Positions 38,363 through 40,472 of a DNA stretch of 40,472 bases are shown here, in pieces. The notes below the pieces were generated by a model. The model saw only the letters and a program-made list of their open reading frames with translations. It was not told the origin of the DNA and ran no database searches. Each line of letters starts with the position of its first letter. Position 1 is the first letter of the stretch. Source of the stretch: Bacteroidota bacterium (GTDB lineage: Bacteria > Bacteroidota > Bacteroidia > Flavobacteriales > Flavobacteriaceae); the NCBI GenBank assembly GCA_039804545.1, contig JBDLVY010000044.1:1-40472 (forward strand), read 5' to 3'. The translations under genes and the position numbers were made by a program.

Positions 38363-38507
38363 AAAAAAGAGACGTGGGTACTCACATTACTGCCTTAGAG
38401 GTACTGGTAATACCGTTGCAACAATAAGTGAGCCCACGCCCTTTTTTTTTAGAGCGTGAGCATTGGCACTTATCATCTCGTTGCAAAAATTACCAGTTTT
38501 CTAAGGC
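38363..38507 (-). ncRNA. Candidate structured leader RNA with two mutually exclusive folds
   Basis: Five stacked helices between 38392-38439 and 38454-38507, competing with a 38371-38385/38428-38440 pairing flanked by A/T runs. Confidence 0.55.
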
Positions 38508-38646
38508 GAGACTCAAAGCGAATGCTTCAAATATTTTTAGATGAAGAATCGCAAATTTAAAAATTCTGACACAAATATAATAAAATTTTTATAAGTGCGC
38601 ATTTTCGTACGCATTATTTTTTTTAGTAAAGAGTTAATTTGTTTAT

Positions 38647-38886
38647 ATGAACAATGCAAACTACATAATTTGTGATTTTATCTATAAAAACTGGATAAAA
38701 CCTTTTAAGTCACAAAGGGCATTTGCTATTGAACATAACATCGAAGAAAGTATTGTTCGTAAAATCAAAAACACTTCTCTAAAGTTAGAAAAAGTAGATT
38801 ACAACATTCCTGTTAATACGTTAGTAAAAATCTGCGAAGCGAGAAATATTAAACTTTCTGAGTTTTTTATATTGATTGGCCAGTAA
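38647..38886 (+). CDS. Small XRE/Cro-like HTH regulator
   Basis: 79 aa; SQRAFA....IEESIVRKI, then TLVKIC..I.LSEFF. Confidence 0.75.
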   Translation: MNNANYIICDFIYKNWIKPFKSQRAFAIEHNIEESIVRKIKNTSLKLEKVDYNIPVNTLVKICEARNIKLSEFFILIGQ

Positions 38887-38910
38887 TAATAGATATTAAT
38901 CAAATACCAC

Positions 38911-38944
38911 AATACAAAAGATGCTGAGAGGCATCTTTTGTATT
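38911..38944 (+). terminator. Terminator after the HTH gene
   Basis: 14-bp stem AATACAAAAGATGC/GCATCTTTTGTATT. Confidence 0.75.
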
Positions 38945-39042
38945 TATTGAAAACTTTGGACAATGGAATAACTGACATAATTAATATGAATAGTAAGGTA
39001 TATCTATATTAAAGTTACTTTAATTATCTTTGAAAAAAAATT

Positions 39043-39891
39043 ATGCGTTACTCTATAAACCAATTGCGAGATTTATCATCACTATTTTCGCGTAGTGAAG
39101 CATTGCGCTGGTTTAAAAATGACTTCAGTTCTGTAAATACAAAACTTCAACGATATAATAACTATGATAATTTTAAAGGAAAATCATATTTAGATGTATT
39201 AAAAAAGGCTTACAAAACTGTTGAAAAAAACTATCCGAACGAATACGTTCTTAAAAATGAGTTTCTCCACAAATGGCTGTTGAAAGAATTAGGCCAAACC
39301 CATTCAGTTGTTTATAATGAGTTAAGAATTGGGAAAGCGGTAGCCGATTTGGCAATGTTTAATGGGATTTCTAAAGTCTTTGAAATTAAGACCATTCTTG
39401 ATAAAGAAACTAGGCTGTCATCACAGTTACATGAATACAAAAAGATTTTTAACGAAGTCTATTTGATTGTTCCGAACTGCCAATTGGAAAGGTATGCAAC
39501 ATATGACATTACAGTAGGTATTATAACGTATGAGTCTAATTCAAAACAATTCCATTTATATAGGAAAGCGATTTATAGTAATGAAATAGACATTGATGTA
39601 ATAATGAATGTGCTTCACACCAAAGAGTACTTAAAAATTACTCGGGAAAATTTCACGGACAGTCCAGTCATGAATGCATTTACCCAGTTTGAGATATGCA
39701 AAAAAATGCTTTCTACGTTATCAACGAATGACCTAAATAAATTGCTCATTGAGTGCCTTAAAAAACGCCAAATCAATAATGCATTCCTAAATAAATCAAA
39801 TTATCAGTTTAACCAAATATTTCTTTCATTAAATTTGTCTGAAAAGCAACGTGATAGTTTGATTTTAAACCTTAAAACTAATTTAGTGTAA
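39043..39891 (+). CDS. sce7726-like protein with a PD-(D/E)xK nuclease-type motif
   Basis: Y.NEY..KN, ELRIGKAVADLAMFNG....FEIKT..D...RL..QL..Y..IF; family recognised from memory. Confidence 0.75.
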   Translation: MRYSINQLRDLSSLFSRSEALRWFKNDFSSVNTKLQRYNNYDNFKGKSYLDVLKKAYKTVEKNYPNEYVLKNEFLHKWLLKELGQTHSVVYNELRIGKAVADLAMFNGISKVFEIKTILDKETRLSSQLHEYKKIFNEVYLIVPNCQLERYATYDITVGIITYESNSKQFHLYRKAIYSNEIDIDVIMNVLHTKEYLKITRENFTDSPVMNAFTQFEICKKMLSTLSTNDLNKLLIECLKKRQINNAFLNKSNYQFNQIFLSLNLSEKQRDSLILNLKTNLV

Positions 39892-39892
39892 T

Positions 39893-40472
39893 ATGTACTA
39901 TCCATATCTAAGAGCAAGGCAGTTTGAATTAATTACAATTAGAGATCTGGTCGCTGAAGGCGCAATACAGAATACTGTTTGTCCTGTCTTCGAGCCGGTG
40001 AAAGAAAGTATAAGTAATCTCAGTTTGGCACATAAGGTTTTAAAAGATAAAGACTTTAATTGTTTTTTAATTGTAAACCCGATAGTTGGCGAACTTGCAG
40101 GAGATACAGATTTTTTTTTAGAGTACATATCTACATTAGAAGATTGTAAATTTTTACCGGCTTTCCATTATGCTGATAATTCTGAATACATTCTGCAAAG
40201 TATCAATGACTATGGGTTAACAAATTGTATGCTCATCTGTTTGGATAATTTTTCAGATGAAGAGTCTTTAAAAGCCCTCTGTGAAAATCCCGCTTTTACT
40301 CATATAATGTTGCTTGACCCAAATAAGTACAGGAATTTAAACAGGTTTTTCAAAGCCTTAGATAAGGTTTTTATAAGATTAGATGATGTATTTGAAAAGC
40401 AACAAAAAAATGCTGATTATTTGGATGTTGTTGCACACAAATTTAGTGAAGAACACCTCTATTATGAAGAAG
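39893..40472 (+). CDS. sce7725-like protein, 3'-truncated (absent from the ORF track)
   Basis: Hand translation is open to the window end: MYYPYLRARQFELITIRDL...PVFEPV...LIVNPIVG...FEKQQKNADY...FSEEHLYY. ATG lies 1 nt after the upstream stop. Confidence 0.8.
   Translation, partial: MYYPYLRARQFELITIRDLVAEGAIQNTVCPVFEPVKESISNLSLAHKVLKDKDFNCFLIVNPIVGELAGDTDFFLEYISTLEDCKFLPAFHYADNSEYILQSINDYGLTNCMLICLDNFSDEESLKALCENPAFTHIMLLDPNKYRNLNRFFKALDKVFIRLDDVFEKQQKNADYLDVVAHKFSEEHLYYEE

Larger units (their letters stand above)
21376..40472. mobile_element. tRNA-Leu-anchored integrative element / genomic island (right end outside the window)
   Basis: Integrase 254 bp after tRNA-Leu, followed only by accessory genes. 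No second copy of the tRNA 3' end was seen in the window. Confidence 0.78.

Noticed and set aside
38387-38476. 29 aa minus-strand uORF (MISANAHALKKKGVG...) in the structured leader
   Set aside because: It lies wholly within paired sequence with no evidence of translation; ribosome profiling would be needed
24-40128. Numerous 60-163 aa ORFs antisense to or overlapping long genes
   Set aside because: They are shadows of well-supported genes and have no recognisable motifs
39898-40128. 76 aa minus-strand ORF
   Set aside because: It is antisense to the sce7725-like frame starting at 39893
1-40472. CRISPR array, rRNA, IS transposase, reverse transcriptase, or an intein in DnaB
   Set aside because: No spaced direct repeats or matching motifs were seen, and DnaB has normal length

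Overview
Flavobacterium-like (Bacteroidota) chromosomal window, judged from AT richness, TTTG-N20-TAnnTTTG promoters and gene content. Positions 1-21.4 kb are mostly core genome: a partial zinc-ribbon-type protein, an alpha/beta hydrolase, cyanophycin synthetase cphA, DinB-type proteins, a DPP-IV peptidase, dnaB, accA, a DMT transporter, an LptF/G permease, tgt, a split transketolase, an FKBP lipoprotein, an S4/Hsp15 protein, a PRTase, aroK, tRNA-Lys(TTT) and tRNA-Leu(GAG). A genomic island starts right after tRNA-Leu and runs off the right edge. It carries a tyrosine integrase, a membrane AraC with two serine hydrolases, and a convergent module: AraC -> MauE/DoxX(CxC) -> small secreted 4-Cys peptide, facing S9 peptidase <- SusD <- SusC. 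A ~570 nt highly structured leader precedes SusC, followed by a divergent small HTH gene and an sce7726/sce7725-like pair (candidate defence system, truncated). The best candidate for an undescribed system is the disulfide-peptide/MauE/SusCD/S9 module and its structured RNAs. All family calls come from reading motifs by eye; no searches were run.
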